A stretch of DNA of 64,000 nt. It comes from Callorhinchus milii (Eukaryota). The stretch covers positions 23,622,001 to 23,686,000 of the forward strand of contig NW_024704746.1 in NCBI RefSeq assembly GCF_018977255.1, read 5' to 3'. Below are positions 11,196 through 24,155 of this stretch, piece by piece. The notes under the pieces are model-generated. The model made no database searches. It saw only the letters and a program-made list of their open reading frames with translations, and was not told the DNA's origin. A program made the translations under genes and the position numbers. Every line of letters begins with the position of its first letter. Within the stretch, counting starts at the first letter, position 1.

Positions 11196-13029
11196 TTATT
11201 GCTCATAATCCATATCCAGGCATTTAGTAGTCACACATTCTGTTTTTTTTATTAAAAAAGACACTACTTAAGGCCTGTATTTGCATTACTTAATAGCAAA
11301 GTACAGATAAATAATTAGTGACAAAATTGTCATTTTTAAACCAAGAAATTTCAGATAGGAGAGAATTAATGAAGTAAAGCTTTGAGTGTTAGAAGTTTTA
11401 AACCATGAAATTAATGTTCTTGCTGGGAATTAATGTGTTGTGTGAAGCTATGTGAGACGGAGACAAGCAGAGATGACATTCCCATGATCGTAGATTATTT
11501 TGCTACACTGTTTTGCCGCTATGTTGGCCTGCCTCATGGTTGGTGTGCTAAGCCTTTAGTCATTATAGCTGTCTGACTCTCAGTGACTGCTCTAAGAACA
11601 CAAGAATTTGCTGGTGAAAGAAGACCAAGGTCCATCTAGTTTGCCTTCCACCATCCTGGCAGTCGCTTGACATGACATATCTCAAACTATATACTGCATT
11701 CCCAGATATTATTTTCTAGTAGAAATGATATCTTCTCTGATATATTACCTGATATTACTTTGTAAAACTATTTTCCCTTCACGTAATCTAATAAAACACA
11801 CTCCTTTATAATTATGCTCTAGACATGTAAAATAATGACAGTACCTTGTTCTAACCACTAGTGATGTAGATGACCATTTAATTCTCAATGGGTCATGATC
11901 ACTGCTCTGACAGTCTCATACATTAAATAATGAAACACCTTCACTAGTTTTGACCATCATGGTCATCAGTCATTTATCATTTCAGCTCACTAATAATAAT
12001 AATAATCCTTGCATTTTGACTAAAAATCTCCCCCCATACAAGCACTACAGCAACAACGCTGGATAGCAAAGCAGCTTCCTTCTGTTTGGAACTCCATTTG
12101 GAACCCATTGTGTCTTGCAATCCTTTCCAACATCATTTTATTTATTTATTTGCTCCTGTTAATGTAACAATACAACATAGAATAAAAGCGTATGTTTATA
12201 CCTAAATAAAACAAGTGATTTATAGACACCAAAGTGCATTAACTCACTTAATTTGTTGCTACAAACCTCTGAGTACTTTTGACTGAAAAGCAAATTCCGA
12301 TTCAGCTTTGAACATCTGATGTGCTGCTAACTCCAAGCATATAATTTATGATTGTTAAAGTGTCAGGAAAATGAGGGGAAAAGAAACATTTGAACGTTAG
12401 AAATGACTTCTGTCTATAGCTTTCAAATTACTGTGCTTCTTTCAATCGCATTACATCTTGTTATCAAATAAATCAGAAGAATCCAGGCCAACAATCCCGG
12501 TGAAAATTGGCCATCCACTTTATGGCTGTTTGTGGGAACTTGGCTGCACTTGGCTGCCACATTTACCACTCAAATTCACAGTCACTATATGTGACAGCAA
12601 GTGCATGAGAAGCTCTTTTGAGGGATTCGGCGGAATAACAAATGCAAAGATTACCTTGATAAGTTATTGAGTAACTACACAATGCAGGCATAGAAATGGG
12701 GCAATAAGATAGATCAGCAGGTGTTCATTCCCACAGTGGCCTTTTTTTCTAGCAGATCCAAGAGCAAGTTTTTTTTAATATTTAAAAAAAGATTGCGGAT
12801 TCTGCCTACGCATGAGGACTTGCACGTGAAAAGCTTGAATTAAATTACGGCCAATTTTAATGGAACCAGCCCTAAGCCATCGGTCATAGAAAGTGCAGAG
12901 AGCAAACACTAGATTCAATCCCATAGATAAGGTGAAAAGGTATGTGAGTATGGAAATGCACAACCAATTCTGCATTGGTTTGCATTGGTGCAGAACTCTT
13001 TATAGTCAAGACAAACAATGTCATCCACC

Positions 13030-13450
13030 TAGAACATAGAATATGTTAGCACAGAAGGAGGCCATTGGCCCATCGTGTCTTGCCGGTTCTTTGGAAGAGC
13101 TACCCAGTCAGTCTCACTGCCCCGCTCTTTCCCCATTTCCTTGCAAGTTTTTCCTTTTCAGGTACCTGTCCAATTCCCTTCAGAAAGTTGTTATTGAATC
13201 TGCTCCCACCATCCTTTCAGGCAGCGAGTTCCAGACCATAACAACTCTGTGTAAAAAAATGTCTCCTCGTCTCCCCTCTGGTCCTTTTGCAATTATCTTA
13301 AATCTATGGGCTCTGGTTACCCACACACCCACCAGTGGAAACAGTTTCTCTCTGTTCACTCTATCAAATCCCCTCATAATTTTGAACACCTCTATTAAAT
13401 TTCCCCTCAACCTTCTCTGCTCTAAAGAGAGCAATCCCAGGATCTCTAGT
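13030..13450 (-). mobile_element. CR1 ORF2 C-terminus plus tail
   Basis: ORF 13180-13434 LEQRRLRGNLIEVFKIMRGFDRV...VWNSLPE, typical CR1 C-terminus. Confidence 0.92.
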
Positions 13451-13499
13451 CTATATCTAGTCTTCTCTTCAATCTGATAATTAAACTTTTGTCAGAACC

Positions 13500-13729
13500 A
13501 CAATGCCTACAAGCTGTACGCCAGCATCTGCTAGCCTGGCGTCCCAACACTATCCTCCACAAACTGTATTCCATCTACAACTCCGCAGCTCACCTTCTTT
13601 CCAGCATTAGATTTCAAGAGCCTATCAACCCTATTCTCCCTCCCCCATGCTCGGGCCCCAACATCTGACTGTTTGGGATGTCCTCCCGACGTGAAAGGCG
13701 CTGTATAAGTGCAATGTTATTGTTGTTGT
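13500..13729 (+). mobile_element. L2 3' fragment, internally deleted
   Basis: gggatgtcctcccgacgtgaaaggcgc stem-loop and (TTG)n tail. Confidence 0.75.
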
Positions 13730-14342
13730 AGTGCTTGCTCTCTGTAATTTCTATGACCTATGGCTTAGGGCTGGTTCCATTAAAATTGGACGTAATTGGA
13801 TTCAAGCTTTTTATGTGCAAGTCCTCATGTGTAGGCAGAATACACAATCTTTTTTTAAATACAAAAAACAACGATTCCTATATGTTCCTCCTTAACATAT
13901 AAGAACGTGATGCAGGGCTTAATGCCGGGCAATAAGCACTGCATCATGTTGGGAAGCATTTTGCTGTCAGATGCGCAGTGGTGTACAATGACAGTAAATG
14001 GAATTTTCTGTTCCTTTAAGGGGCGTCATTGGCACGGCAGAGCAGAGGCTGGCTGCAGGTGCAGTCTGGAACGACTGAATGTGGACTGGGTGAGCTTGGC
14101 ACAATGCCAGCTGGCACACTCAGCGCCGCAGTGACAGAAACCAAAGAAGCGAACGTAAAAGAGCAAAGTAGAGAAGAAAAGAGAAGCAGGGAAAGATGCA
14201 GGAGGAGATAGCAACCGAAAGCTAGTACAGGAAACCTCTCATAAATCATGTCATTTGGGTCCGTACATTGAATATGACTTGTGCGAAGTATGAGTTATGT
14301 GAAACTTATAAATAATAGCAAATTCAGCGGGACTTGGGCAGT

Positions 14343-14487
14343 TAATAATAATAATAATAATAATCCTGGCATTTGATACAGCGCCTGATCACGTCTTCGA
14401 GACGTCTCAAAGCGCTTCACGGAATATACTGTAAAGCGCATTGACTCTATGTTTTGTGGGAGAAACTCAGCAGCCAATTGCACACAG
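14343..14487 (-). mobile_element. SINE 3' fragment
   Basis: SINE tail match. Confidence 0.85.
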
Positions 14488-15077
14488 ATGTACAACTTAG
14501 GAAGAGAATGAGAATGTGGTCCTGATCGAGGAGATTCAGGGATAAGTTGTGAAATTCTTTAGAAAAAATGGTAGAGAGAGGGTAAGGTTCCTGTGGATGA
14601 ACTTTGTAAATAAGATATAAAAGGTACATTTTGTAACAACAACAAAATACAACAAAATTATATCTGTAAAGTGCCTTTCATGTCGGGCGGACATATATAA
14701 AAATAACCTGGAATGTGGACAAAAAAGAATAAATTGAAAAAACAGAACTCATGGGCAGGCCAGAGCGGCAGCAAATAAAACTGACTTCGTGAAGGAACTC
14801 AATTTCTGTGTATTGAATCTGAATAAAGAAGCAGAGATGGAGGAAAGTGAAAGGAAACCCGAGATAGAAATGGGAATAGAGAGACTTTCACACAATGAGT
14901 AGAAGGAACCTGCTTTGAAACCGAGCATCAGACAGAATCTGTGCGAGAAAAAGCAATTGGAAAGGAGGCAGGCGGCTTATAATCAACCATAAGTTTAGTT
15001 CAGCATAAGGAGAATTATTTCATAGCAGGGAGCCAAGCATAACACAAAGGATAATAAGCAGTTGAGAAAAGACTTAA

Positions 15078-15300
15078 ATAATAATATAATATAATCATAA
15101 TAATCCTTACATTCGATACAGCGCCTTATCCCGTCGTTGAGACGTCTCAAAGCGCTTCACAGAATATATTGTAAAGTGAATTTACTGTGTATTTTGAAGG
15201 CCAAACACGGCAGCCAATTGCGCACAATAGCGTCCGACAAAATGTTGTGGATTGAATGACCAAATTATTATTTATTTATTTTTGGAGGGATTACTACCCC
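15078..15300 (-). mobile_element. SINE 3' part
   Basis: SINE body and tail match. Confidence 0.85.
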
Positions 15301-15752
15301 CAAAACAGTGACCATTGTATTGTTGTTATTGCCGATTCTTACTGCATTGCTACTTGTAAGGTATTAAAAACTCACACTTAAGCTAATGTGCTTTAATGCT
15401 GTGCCCCTATGTGTGAAACTCTTAATTCATCACCTCAAACTGCTCCCATTTCTACCATCCAAGTGACAGACATATAACCACAAGTCATTCACCTCAGCCT
15501 TCTGTAGTTCTAAACGCTCTCCCAAGTATGGAAAGAGAAAATCTATAATTGCTTTGCTGGTTGTTTTTCACAGTTTGAATAGACGTGGTACAATAAATTC
15601 ACTTGGCTACCATAATGTTTCACTGAAATCCTACTTGACAGCACTGCAATATACACCAAGACTTAAGCTGAGCTCAGCTCCAAAAGGTCTTTACTACTTA
15701 ATGCTTTGTGTAAACTAACAACTAAACTTTTTTGTGTACTTCACAACATGGT

Positions 15753-16118
15753 GAAGTCCTGTAATGTATTGGTTAGAGCACTCGCTTCGCAAACGAGAGG
15801 ATCTGGGTTTATTCCTGAGCAGAGCGAAACGTTGGGCAAGTTTCCTTGCTTTTCACGCCTCTGTGTACCGAGCAGTAAGTAGGAATCCAGTTGTTAGTCG
15901 ATTAACCCGGGGTAATAATTCCTTCAAAAATACAGTAAAATAAAAATAAACTAGGTCACTCAATCCACGACTGTCTGGGACGCTGCTATGCGCAATTGGT
16001 TGCAGATTTCTCCCACAAGTATACAGTTAATTCACTTCACAGTACATTCTGTGAAGCGCTTTGAGATGACTTGAAGAATTGATAAGGCGCTGTATCAAAT
16101 GCAAAGATTATGCTTATT
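15753..16118 (+). mobile_element. full-length long-subfamily SINE (diverged)
   Basis: tRNA head, gcctctgtgtaccgagcagtaagtagg segment, tail. Confidence 0.9.
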
Positions 16119-16744
16119 CTGGTCTTGAATTCAGCCCCCTTTGTTACTTGACTATGTTGAAGGGATACTGCCTTCATGCTTTAACATTATTCCCCAACAA
16201 TTTGATCAAATTAGTTGTGCTTTTACTCAATAGTCGACCGTAATATTAAAAAAATTACAATAATCTTCAAAATGCTGTGTTGACACTTACAAATACTCGC
16301 AGCCTGACTGTACGTTTGTTCGTTGCTGTTTGTTTCGAGAAAATTTATTCCCAATAATTTTTGCAGTTGTCAAATATTGCTGATATTTTTAGACAGCAAA
16401 ATGTTTTTTTATTTTAAATAATGCATATTGAGAACGCTGTTTTACTGCAACACGCAGGGAAATAAAATCTTATATTCACCGCATTTCAATCGCACCTTAC
16501 AAAAGCACTTCAGTTTGGATGACATGATCCAGTCGATGAAAGTTGTTTTCTATTTTAAATGAACTCTGCTATGGGATTCAACCAGAAAAAAAAATAACTG
16601 AAGGTGTAAATTTTAGAAGGAATAATGCAGTGAATAAACCTCACTCTGAAAGTTTATATCCTTCAATATATATAGCTTCCTTGCAACCCGATCTATCGGG
16701 TGTGGTATTTTACGATTATCGGACAATGCAGTGAATTATCAGGA

Positions 16745-16945
16745 TTATTAATAATAATGCTTGCATTTGATATAGCGCCTGATCACGTCTTCGAGACGTC
16801 TCAAAGCGCTTCACAGAATATACTGTAAAGTGAATTGACTGTAATTTTTGTGGGCGAAACGCGGCAGCCGATTGCGCACAGCAGCGTCCTCACAAACAGT
16901 CGTGGATTGAAGTGACCAAATTCATTATTATTATTATTATGATTA
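16745..16945 (-). mobile_element. SINE 3' part
   Basis: SINE body and tail match. Confidence 0.85.
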
Positions 16946-17026
16946 TTAAGAATCTTGTCATCCTGAGAATACTGCATAGTAAATACTATCTCTGATTTCC
17001 TATTACTCTTCACATAGCCGTGAAAC

Positions 17027-17260
17027 ATGGCGAGAATCAGACAGGAACAAGGCATCCTCAAGCATAGACATGACTCGATAGACATGGCTAGGGTGGATCT
17101 GACCCACCTCTCTATCTCCTGGGAGAATGTTATCACATTAATACCCCCAGATTGTCTCACAGGCAATAAATTAACCACTTTGGAAGTTTCATCGATAACC
17201 ACTCGACTAATCTGGTTTCCTCGTCCCTCAAGACAAGATTCCCGCCCCATTCTCCCCCGG
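17027..17260 (+). CDS. candidate ATG-containing exon, 78 codons MARIRQEQGILKHRHDS...SRPILPR, phase 0
   Basis: acceptor ttactcttcacatag at 17017, aacATGG Kozak, open frame to CGG|gtaaag; unique sequence. Confidence 0.3.
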
Positions 17261-18649
17261 GTAAAGCAGGAGCACGGAAAAATCAATGTGTTCCTTGCAG
17301 CACTTGTACATTTCAGTTTGAACCTATCCCTATATTACCCCAATACTGTTCTCAACCAGAATGCTAAACCGGTTTGTTGTGACTAACAGTTAATGCTTTT
17401 GTCGATAACATATGCACTGCAGTGATTTTAGCTGATATGTCGAATCTGGTTGAATGTTGCTGTTGTGGTCAACGGTACCTTCTAAGTCTTTGATAATCCC
17501 ACCAAGACACCTTTATTCTGCACGTATTCGTGTTACATTTCAGACCCTTGAAAGTTGTAATGTGCAATGCATAAACCATTTTATTTGACTATATATGAAT
17601 TATTTATACGTAGCGCAATGGATTCGTTGAGTGATTACAAGGTAGTAATCGAATTGGAGAGGTTCAGATGCTTTATGCATGTAAAATAACGGATGCCTGG
17701 GAGTGATTACAAGGCGGTGAGCTAATTGAGGGGCTTTGTAACTGTCACATAACTCGAAAATTGCATTTCTAGGCCTTGAAATTCCACCAGGGCATGTTGC
17801 TGGTTATTTTTATAATATTATATTATTTTCTTTGTGGGGAACTTTTATTTTCTTTTATTTTATTTCTACCAACTGGTCCACGTCCACGTGGGGGGCAAGG
17901 TGACCAAAGGCGCGGTCGAAAAGAAAGGTCTTCAGCAGAGACCTAAAATGGGAAGGGAGGGAGCGAGACGACGGGAATGAGGAAGGCAGGCTAACACTAG
18001 AGTGTGAGCGGAGGTTCCTCGGTTTGATACTGGCACAGCAAAACTCCGATGATGAAGTCTTGGTCTTCCAACTGTAACAAACCCTCGTAATTGCCACGGT
18101 ACTGATGCCACTAGCCTAATATGGTATGAAATTGCTTTAGAAATGATTTTCTGTGCTCTTCGAAAGCTGATTAAATGTCTTAATTAATTAACTTGTGTTA
18201 ACTTCAAAGTGCACATTTTTTTTCATATTTTTACAGTCTGGAATTAAAGCACATGTTAAACATTTCCTGTGGACTTTCCGCCCCTCCATAACACCCTGTT
18301 CCCTCTTTAGTTTGTTCTTCTGTTGTTTCTGCAGTTCCCGATAATGCTGATCTGGTGATGAGGCAGTTTGCAGTGACTCTGATGTCTGTACCTGTGCTGA
18401 GCTGTGTGATAGCCTGGTTCAGTTGCCCAGCGCCTACACAAATACAGTCACTGAACTTTACAGTGAATCCTGTGTAAAGCTTTAAGACGTCCTTGTAACA
18501 TGAAAGGCATTATATAAAATACAAGCCTTATTATTATTGAGCAAGCACCTTCTAGACTTCAATTCTTTCCTCTTAGCCTTTCTCTATTGAAGCTGCCCGC
18601 TTGGCGATGGTTGCCTGACTTAAATGTTTTTTTTTAACATCTTAAAAAC

Positions 18650-18920
18650 CCAGAGACTTTGTATCAGCAGGCTGTGTGACCATGGGGGCTCCCGTCAGCG
18701 CCTGACATCCACATATGTGCACTTCCACTAAGGAGCCCTGGATAATAGACAGGAGTGCAAACCCAAGCCAATTCTCTCTTCTCCTCCCGTTCCCAGCTCA
18801 GGGGTACTGTAGCATGACCATGGCTGAGACTCTCTGTGCATCAACCACAGATTGAACTTGGGGTCTGTTTGGCTCGGTGCTAGACCACAGGTGTATTTCC
18901 GCTCGGAGTCTGCGGAGAGC
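18650..18920 (-). mobile_element. ancient tRNA-derived SINE relic (LmeSINE/AmnSINE2-like)
   Basis: minus strand reads gcaccgagccaaacagaccccaagttcaatc...ggaagtgcacatatgtggatgtc, resembling a remembered old gnathostome SINE; family name tentative. Confidence 0.45.
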
Positions 18921-19239
18921 TGCCAAAAACTCTGGAGGATTATTAAAAAAAAATTGAATTGCTGGAAGTAGGTCATGCACAATCAAATTACTGGCTGCCT
19001 TGATCTTTTTCCTTTTTGTTCGTCATTTGAACATTTTAAAATTACTTTAGCATAAAACGCTGTTTAACAGAATGAAAAGCCGGGTGATAGTCTCATAAAG
19101 CATCTGATGAAGCAGAATTCGCTGCGCGCAGATGATGTTTAAAAAAGAGAGAGAGAGAGAGGCTGCACCATTTGGATGCTCTCCGAGCCCCATAGTCTCT
19201 CTGTTGTGAAGCCCACAGCAAAGCTCGCTGTCCAGATGC

Positions 19240-19465
19240 CGTGTGTTTAGCACACGCTCCTTCCACCTCTGGGACCTGTGTTCGAATCGAGCCAAAATGT
19301 GTGGGGTAATAGTCTCTTCTGTCTGTTCGCTGTAAGTTTCCTATTTGAAGTGATTTTGAGCCGTCGTAAGCCAGTTCTTGGGGCGTGCAGACACATTGAA
19401 TGATTTGGCATTAAATTGCCATTCTCATTAAAGAGACTGCAGGATGGCCATCGTGGGAAATGTAA
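19240..19465 (+). mobile_element. LF-SINE-like relic
   Basis: ccttccacctctgggacctgtGTTCGAATC B box and downstream body; aligns by eye with 25735-25865. Confidence 0.6.
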
Positions 19466-19532
19466 AACATCACATTGCTGCACATCAGAGGTTAGAGCAG
19501 AGGCAGAGTTGTACACTGCGTCTCCACTTCTG

Positions 19533-19650
19533 TAATAATAATAATAATCCTTGCATTTCATATCGTGCCTGATCACGTCTTCTGAGATGTCTCAAAGCAA
19601 TTCACGGAGTATACTGTAAAGTGTAGTGACTGTACATTTTTGTGGGCAAA
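19533..19650 (-). mobile_element. SINE 3' fragment
   Basis: SINE tail match. Confidence 0.8.
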
Positions 19651-19951
19651 ATAGATGTACACGATTGAGTTTCTTGATGCTGACATTGAGTAACCAAAGT
19701 GAGAAAGTATTTCATTTTCCATTGTGTTCACCTCACGCACACAAAGCTTAGCAAACCTTTCAGTTTCACAGTGCTCCCTCGACTTCAGTTCCTTAATCTC
19801 CTCTGTACGGCCATTTAAATGTGGATGTGGGAGAGAGACGGAGAGTCTATTGACTACAAACTAAAAGTTGAGGCCAGTCATAAGAAAATAACTTTGTTTT
19901 ATGGGAATTGTGAATGGAAAGTGGAATGTTAACGTATCTATTACAGGTAGA

Positions 19952-20570
19952 AGAATCATAGAATATTACAGCACAGAATAATAATAATAATAATAATAAT
20001 CCTTGCATTTGATATAGCGCTTTTCACGTCGGGAGGACGTCCCAAAGCGCTTCACAGTACACACTGTAAAGTGAATTGACTGTATATTTGTGGGCGAACG
20101 CGGCAGCCAATTGCGCACAGCAATGTCCCACAAACAGTCGTAGATTGAAAATGACCAATTTATTATTGTTTGGTTTTGGAGGGATTATTATTAGGCTCTG
20201 TGTGGAGTAAGGAAACTTGCCCAAGGTTTCCCCCTGACCTGCCTGGAATTGAACTCAGGTCTCTCACTTGCAAAGCGAGTGCTCTAACCACTGAGCTACA
20301 GGACTCCAGAAGGAGGCCATTCAGCCCATTGTGCCTGTGCCAGCTCTTTGGAAGAGGAGCTACCCAATCAGTCCCACTCCCCCGCTCTTTCCTCCGTATC
20401 CCTGCAAAGTTTTCCTTTTCAAGTACCTGTCTAATTCCCTTTTGAAAGCTGTTATTGAATCTGTTTTCACCGACCCTTTCAGACCGTGCATTCCAGACCG
20501 TAACAACTCTCTGTGTAAAGAAATTTCTCTTCATCTCCCATCTGGTTCTTTTGCCAATTATCTTAAAATG
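19952..20570 (-). mobile_element. CR1 3' end carrying a nested full-length short-subfamily SINE (19979-20306, minus)
   Basis: CR1 tail is continuous across the SINE; TSD cagaa at 19974-19978 and 20307-20311. Confidence 0.92.
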
Positions 20571-20850
20571 AAAACTGATAATATCTCCAACTCTATGGTG
20601 GAAAGCAAATCACCAGCGAGCTTAAGAGTAGAGATGCCAAGAGCCTGGACTGAAATAAAGCCTGATGTGTCACATGTCTTTTGCAGAGAACACAAGGTGC
20701 CTGGGTTAGTAAAGCACTGCGGAGAGTCTCGTTACTGCAGCACCAAGAGAGAGACAGAGGGCAGCAGCGACTGGGAGCGGAGTGGGGAGAAGCTCTTGGA
20801 GAATCTGCCGGGAAGCTTTGGAGAAATTCATTCATTCATTCGCTCAGACC

Positions 20851-20880
20851 ATGGCTGAGAAAAGTTCCGAAGCCGTGCTG
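20851..20880 (+). CDS. candidate first coding exon MAEKSSEAVL, phase 0, with 5' UTR from about 20690
   Basis: accATGG Kozak, strong donor CTG|gtaagg, purine-rich UTR-like leader and T-rich intron start. Confidence 0.5.
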
Positions 20881-21314
20881 GTAAGGGCTCTGCAAATGAA
20901 TTCTTTATTTCATTTTGTTTCGTTCGTGATGTGTCGCTGTTTTTAACCCGAGAGAGAGAGAGGGAGTTTTATTAATGTGGTATAAACTTTTCTTTCCCAG
21001 TCTCGCTGATAGTCTGATATGTTGCATTTAAAATGTCCTTCGCTAACAGCAAACTTTATTTTGTTTCGTTCGGGATCTTTGCTGTTTATGTTTTTTTTTA
21101 CAAAGTGCAGTGTTATTTTTCATTCAATTATAAAACTAGTTTCTGAAGGGATCTGTCACACGGAGAGTCTTAGGCTGAAAGCTTGTTGCTCAACACCTCG
21201 TGAAGCAGCTTACTCTGGAACAGTAGTGGGTTGTACCACTTCACTGCCTATCTGAAGCATGTGTGTAAATCAGTACGGCTCTTTTTCCCCCTGCGCTGTT
21301 CTCTCTCTGCTCAG

Positions 21315-21338
21315 GAACATTGAAAGTGTTGACTGAAG
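21315..21338 (+). other. candidate 24-nt microexon
   Basis: long pyrimidine tract with TGC near the AG; donor AAG|gtaaat; open only in phase 1 (TLKVLTE). Confidence 0.35.
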
Positions 21339-22029
21339 GTAAATATTTACTCCATCCTGGTCAGTGTCCTCTGACTTTCTTCGACCAAACCCTTTGCGAT
21401 CTCATCCACAGGACAGCTGTCCAGCCAACAGTGTCAAGCACTTTGAGAGGTCCTCTGAAAAGGGCCCATGCTTTACACCCTGATTACTCACTCGTGTGCA
21501 GCGCTGCAAATGAAACATGAAGGGACGAACGTTTAAAAGAAACCAATTTCTGCTGCGAGATTTGGTCGCATTTATTCTTAGGAAACATCTCTCGCTCTGT
21601 ACCACAAGTCACTTTGGGTGGAAATCTAGATCCCTCCGAGGTGATGGCAGGTCAGGCAAGACGTGACACAAATCATCTTTAAGAAGGGTGCGGAGAACTC
21701 CATTTTACAAATCATATGGTACTTCTTTCACACCGTCTATTGTAATCACATCCATTAGTAGGATCTCTGTCCCTGCGGTGAAATCTTTACCAGACATATG
21801 CTCAGTAGAATTGAGTCTGAACAATTCTGACAGCCTGACACTGTTTTGCCTACTTCTGTTCGAGATGTTTTACATTCCTTCTTTACGGGAGAGCACAAGA
21901 AATTTTCTCTGTTGCTCCTTTCTTTCTTGAGGTGCCCTGTTTGTACCAAACCCACCAGCCTGGCCCGGTCTGGTGATCTGGTCTCAGCCCTCGCCACACA
22001 TCCTCTGTCCACTCCCAGAGATGATAAGG

Positions 22030-22230
22030 ACAACAACAACAATTTGCATTCACACGGCGCCCCTTGGGCAGGTTAGCGTCCCAGAGCGCTTGACATTGGC
22101 GGAGCCGGGGGGAGGGGGGGAGAGGGGGAAGGTGACCTTAGACACTGGTTGAAGAGGAAGCTCTTCAGGAGCCACCTGAAGATGGGGAAGGAAGGGGCAA
22201 GGCGGAGGGATAGAGGAAGAGCGTTCCAGA
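22030..22230 (-). mobile_element. L2 3' tail fragment
   Basis: (CAA)n followed by the L2 3' UTR reverse complement. Confidence 0.75.
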
Positions 22231-22741
22231 CCTGTCAGCCATTCATTTGTATCACTTTCCGTTTGCTACGAAACAAATGTCTTTCAAATGCGAACCACGT
22301 GAAGAATATCTTTCAATAACAAAAAGGAAACGGCACAAATGGGGCAGCCTGTCAGAGTTGTTTTCGTTTGTTTAGCCTGGAACAGTCCTTGTTAAAAGGC
22401 TCGCACTCTAACATAGCTTAGAAGCTGTACTTAAAGGGGGCATTGTCTTCATGAAAAAGTCTTTGGCAAATCCTTTCTTGCTCAGTTACAGACACATGAT
22501 TGGGATGTAAATCGTGTTAAAAATCATCATTGTATCACTTGCCCATGAAGGGATCAGACACAAACAGTGCACAGTTCTCCTGTCTCGTCCTTCTGCAAAC
22601 AAAATCAAGCTCAATTATGCCCTTTAGCAAGGCTTTGATTCTGAGAATTTTGTGTTCAAAGCTGATATCTTCCCATTATTTATTTCTTCCTGTAATACAC
22701 AATATTCATCTTCATCCCTTATTCTTTCTTTCTCGTCTTAG

Positions 22742-22925
22742 ATAATAATAATAATTTGGTCACTCAATCCACGACTGTGTGTGGGACACTGCTGTGCGCA
22801 ATTGGCTGCTGAGTTTTACCCACAAAATTTACGGTTAATTCACTTTACAATATACTCTGTGAAGCACTTTGAGACGTCTTATCGACCTGATGAGGTGCTG
22901 TATCAAATGCAGGGATTATTATTAA
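22742..22925 (+). mobile_element. SINE 3' part
   Basis: SINE body and tail match. Confidence 0.85.
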
Positions 22926-23112
22926 TATAATTCTATCCTTCTCTTCTTTAACCCTCATTCAGTCTGTCTCCCACCCAGTTTCACTGCCAGTCACCTGAAA
23001 GCTTCAACAATCTGGCGGTATTTGCACAAAGCTTTCAATGGCAAATAATCCAAGGTGTGAAAAGGCAGTTATTATTAGTCGTATCCCAATAACCTACTCA
23101 ACAAGAACCACA

Positions 23113-23225
23113 ACAATAATAATAGTTCTTGCATGTGATATAGCGCCTTATCACGTCTTCGAGACTTCTCAAAAGCGCTTTACAGAATATACTGTAAAAT
23201 GAAGTGACTGTATATTTTGTGGTAT
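23113..23225 (-). mobile_element. SINE 3' fragment
   Basis: SINE tail match. Confidence 0.8.
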
Positions 23226-23264
23226 ATTTTTAAGCTAAACTAAATAGTGTTTCCCCCTACCAAA

Positions 23265-23585
23265 CCGCCCGCTCCCTCCGCTCAGTCGGCTCTGGCTGCT
23301 CCACGTCCCCCGCCCCACCATTGGCGGGAGAGCCTTCAGCCACTCTGCCCCCAACCTCTGGAATTCCATCCCCCAATCACTCCGCCTCGCCCCCTCCTTA
23401 GCCTCCTTCAAGTCCCGCCTCAAGACCCTCTTCGTCTATGCCATCGGCCACCCCCCTTCCCCTCCCCTCCCTTCTCCCCCCTGACCCCAGCTCGGGTCTG
23501 AAATGCTGAACAGTGTCCAGCGCCTTGGGACGTCCTCCCGACGTGAAAGGCGCTATACAAATGTAATCGTGTTGTCGTTGTTGTT
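23265..23585 (+). mobile_element. L2 3' fragment
   Basis: TIGGRAFSHSAPNLWNSIP coding end, stem-loop gcgccttgggacgtcctcccgacgtgaaaggcgc, (TTG)n. Confidence 0.9.
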
Positions 23586-23974
23586 TCTTAATGTTCAGTT
23601 TTAAACATTCAGTGGTGCAGGAAGCGGGAGGAGGGGGGGTAGGGGTGGTGGAGAAGGACATACATCACACACACTCAGCTGTGGAGACCAGGTGTGTTTC
23701 GAGAGACCTTTGCTATTGGCCTCAGGAGAAGCAGACTGTGGGACCCAGGGACTGCACACTGAGGTTCAGCTGTTTGCTTTGCTTTGCAGCCCACATTGGT
23801 GGAGTAAATTCTGCTTCGTCTGATTCTGTTTGAGGCTGTTGCCCAGTTTCTGATGGTGAGGAATCCCTTTGGATTTTTCAAGCTCCTTAGTGTTTTGAAG
23901 CCTAATCGCCACTGGAATTGCTTCTCATGGCGCACATATCTATTAATATCTAATATTTATCAACATATTTTAAA

Positions 23975-24155
23975 AAATAATAATAATTTGGTCACTGAAC
24001 TCATGACTGTTTGTGGGAACGCTGCTGTGCGCAATTGGCTGCCGCATTTCGTCCACAAAATATAGTCAACTTTACAGTATGCCCTGTGAAGCGCTTTGAG
24101 ACGTCTCAAAGACGTGATAAGACGCAATATCAAATGCAAGGATTGTTATTATTAT
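23975..24155 (+). mobile_element. SINE 3' part
   Basis: SINE body and tail match. Confidence 0.85.

Larger units (their letters stand above)
12779..13861. repeat. 133-bp inverted repeat (arms 12779-12911 and 13729-13861)
   Basis: arms are reverse complements with about 12 mismatches by manual count. Confidence 0.92.

Noticed and set aside
14021-14211. Possible exon 14021-14089 or terminal exon ending ...RERCRRR
   Set aside because: Weak AAG acceptor, two frames open, no recognisable homology.
23790-23855. Exon-like segment between tttgcag and gtgagg
   Set aside because: Stops in all three frames; likely a pseudo-exon.
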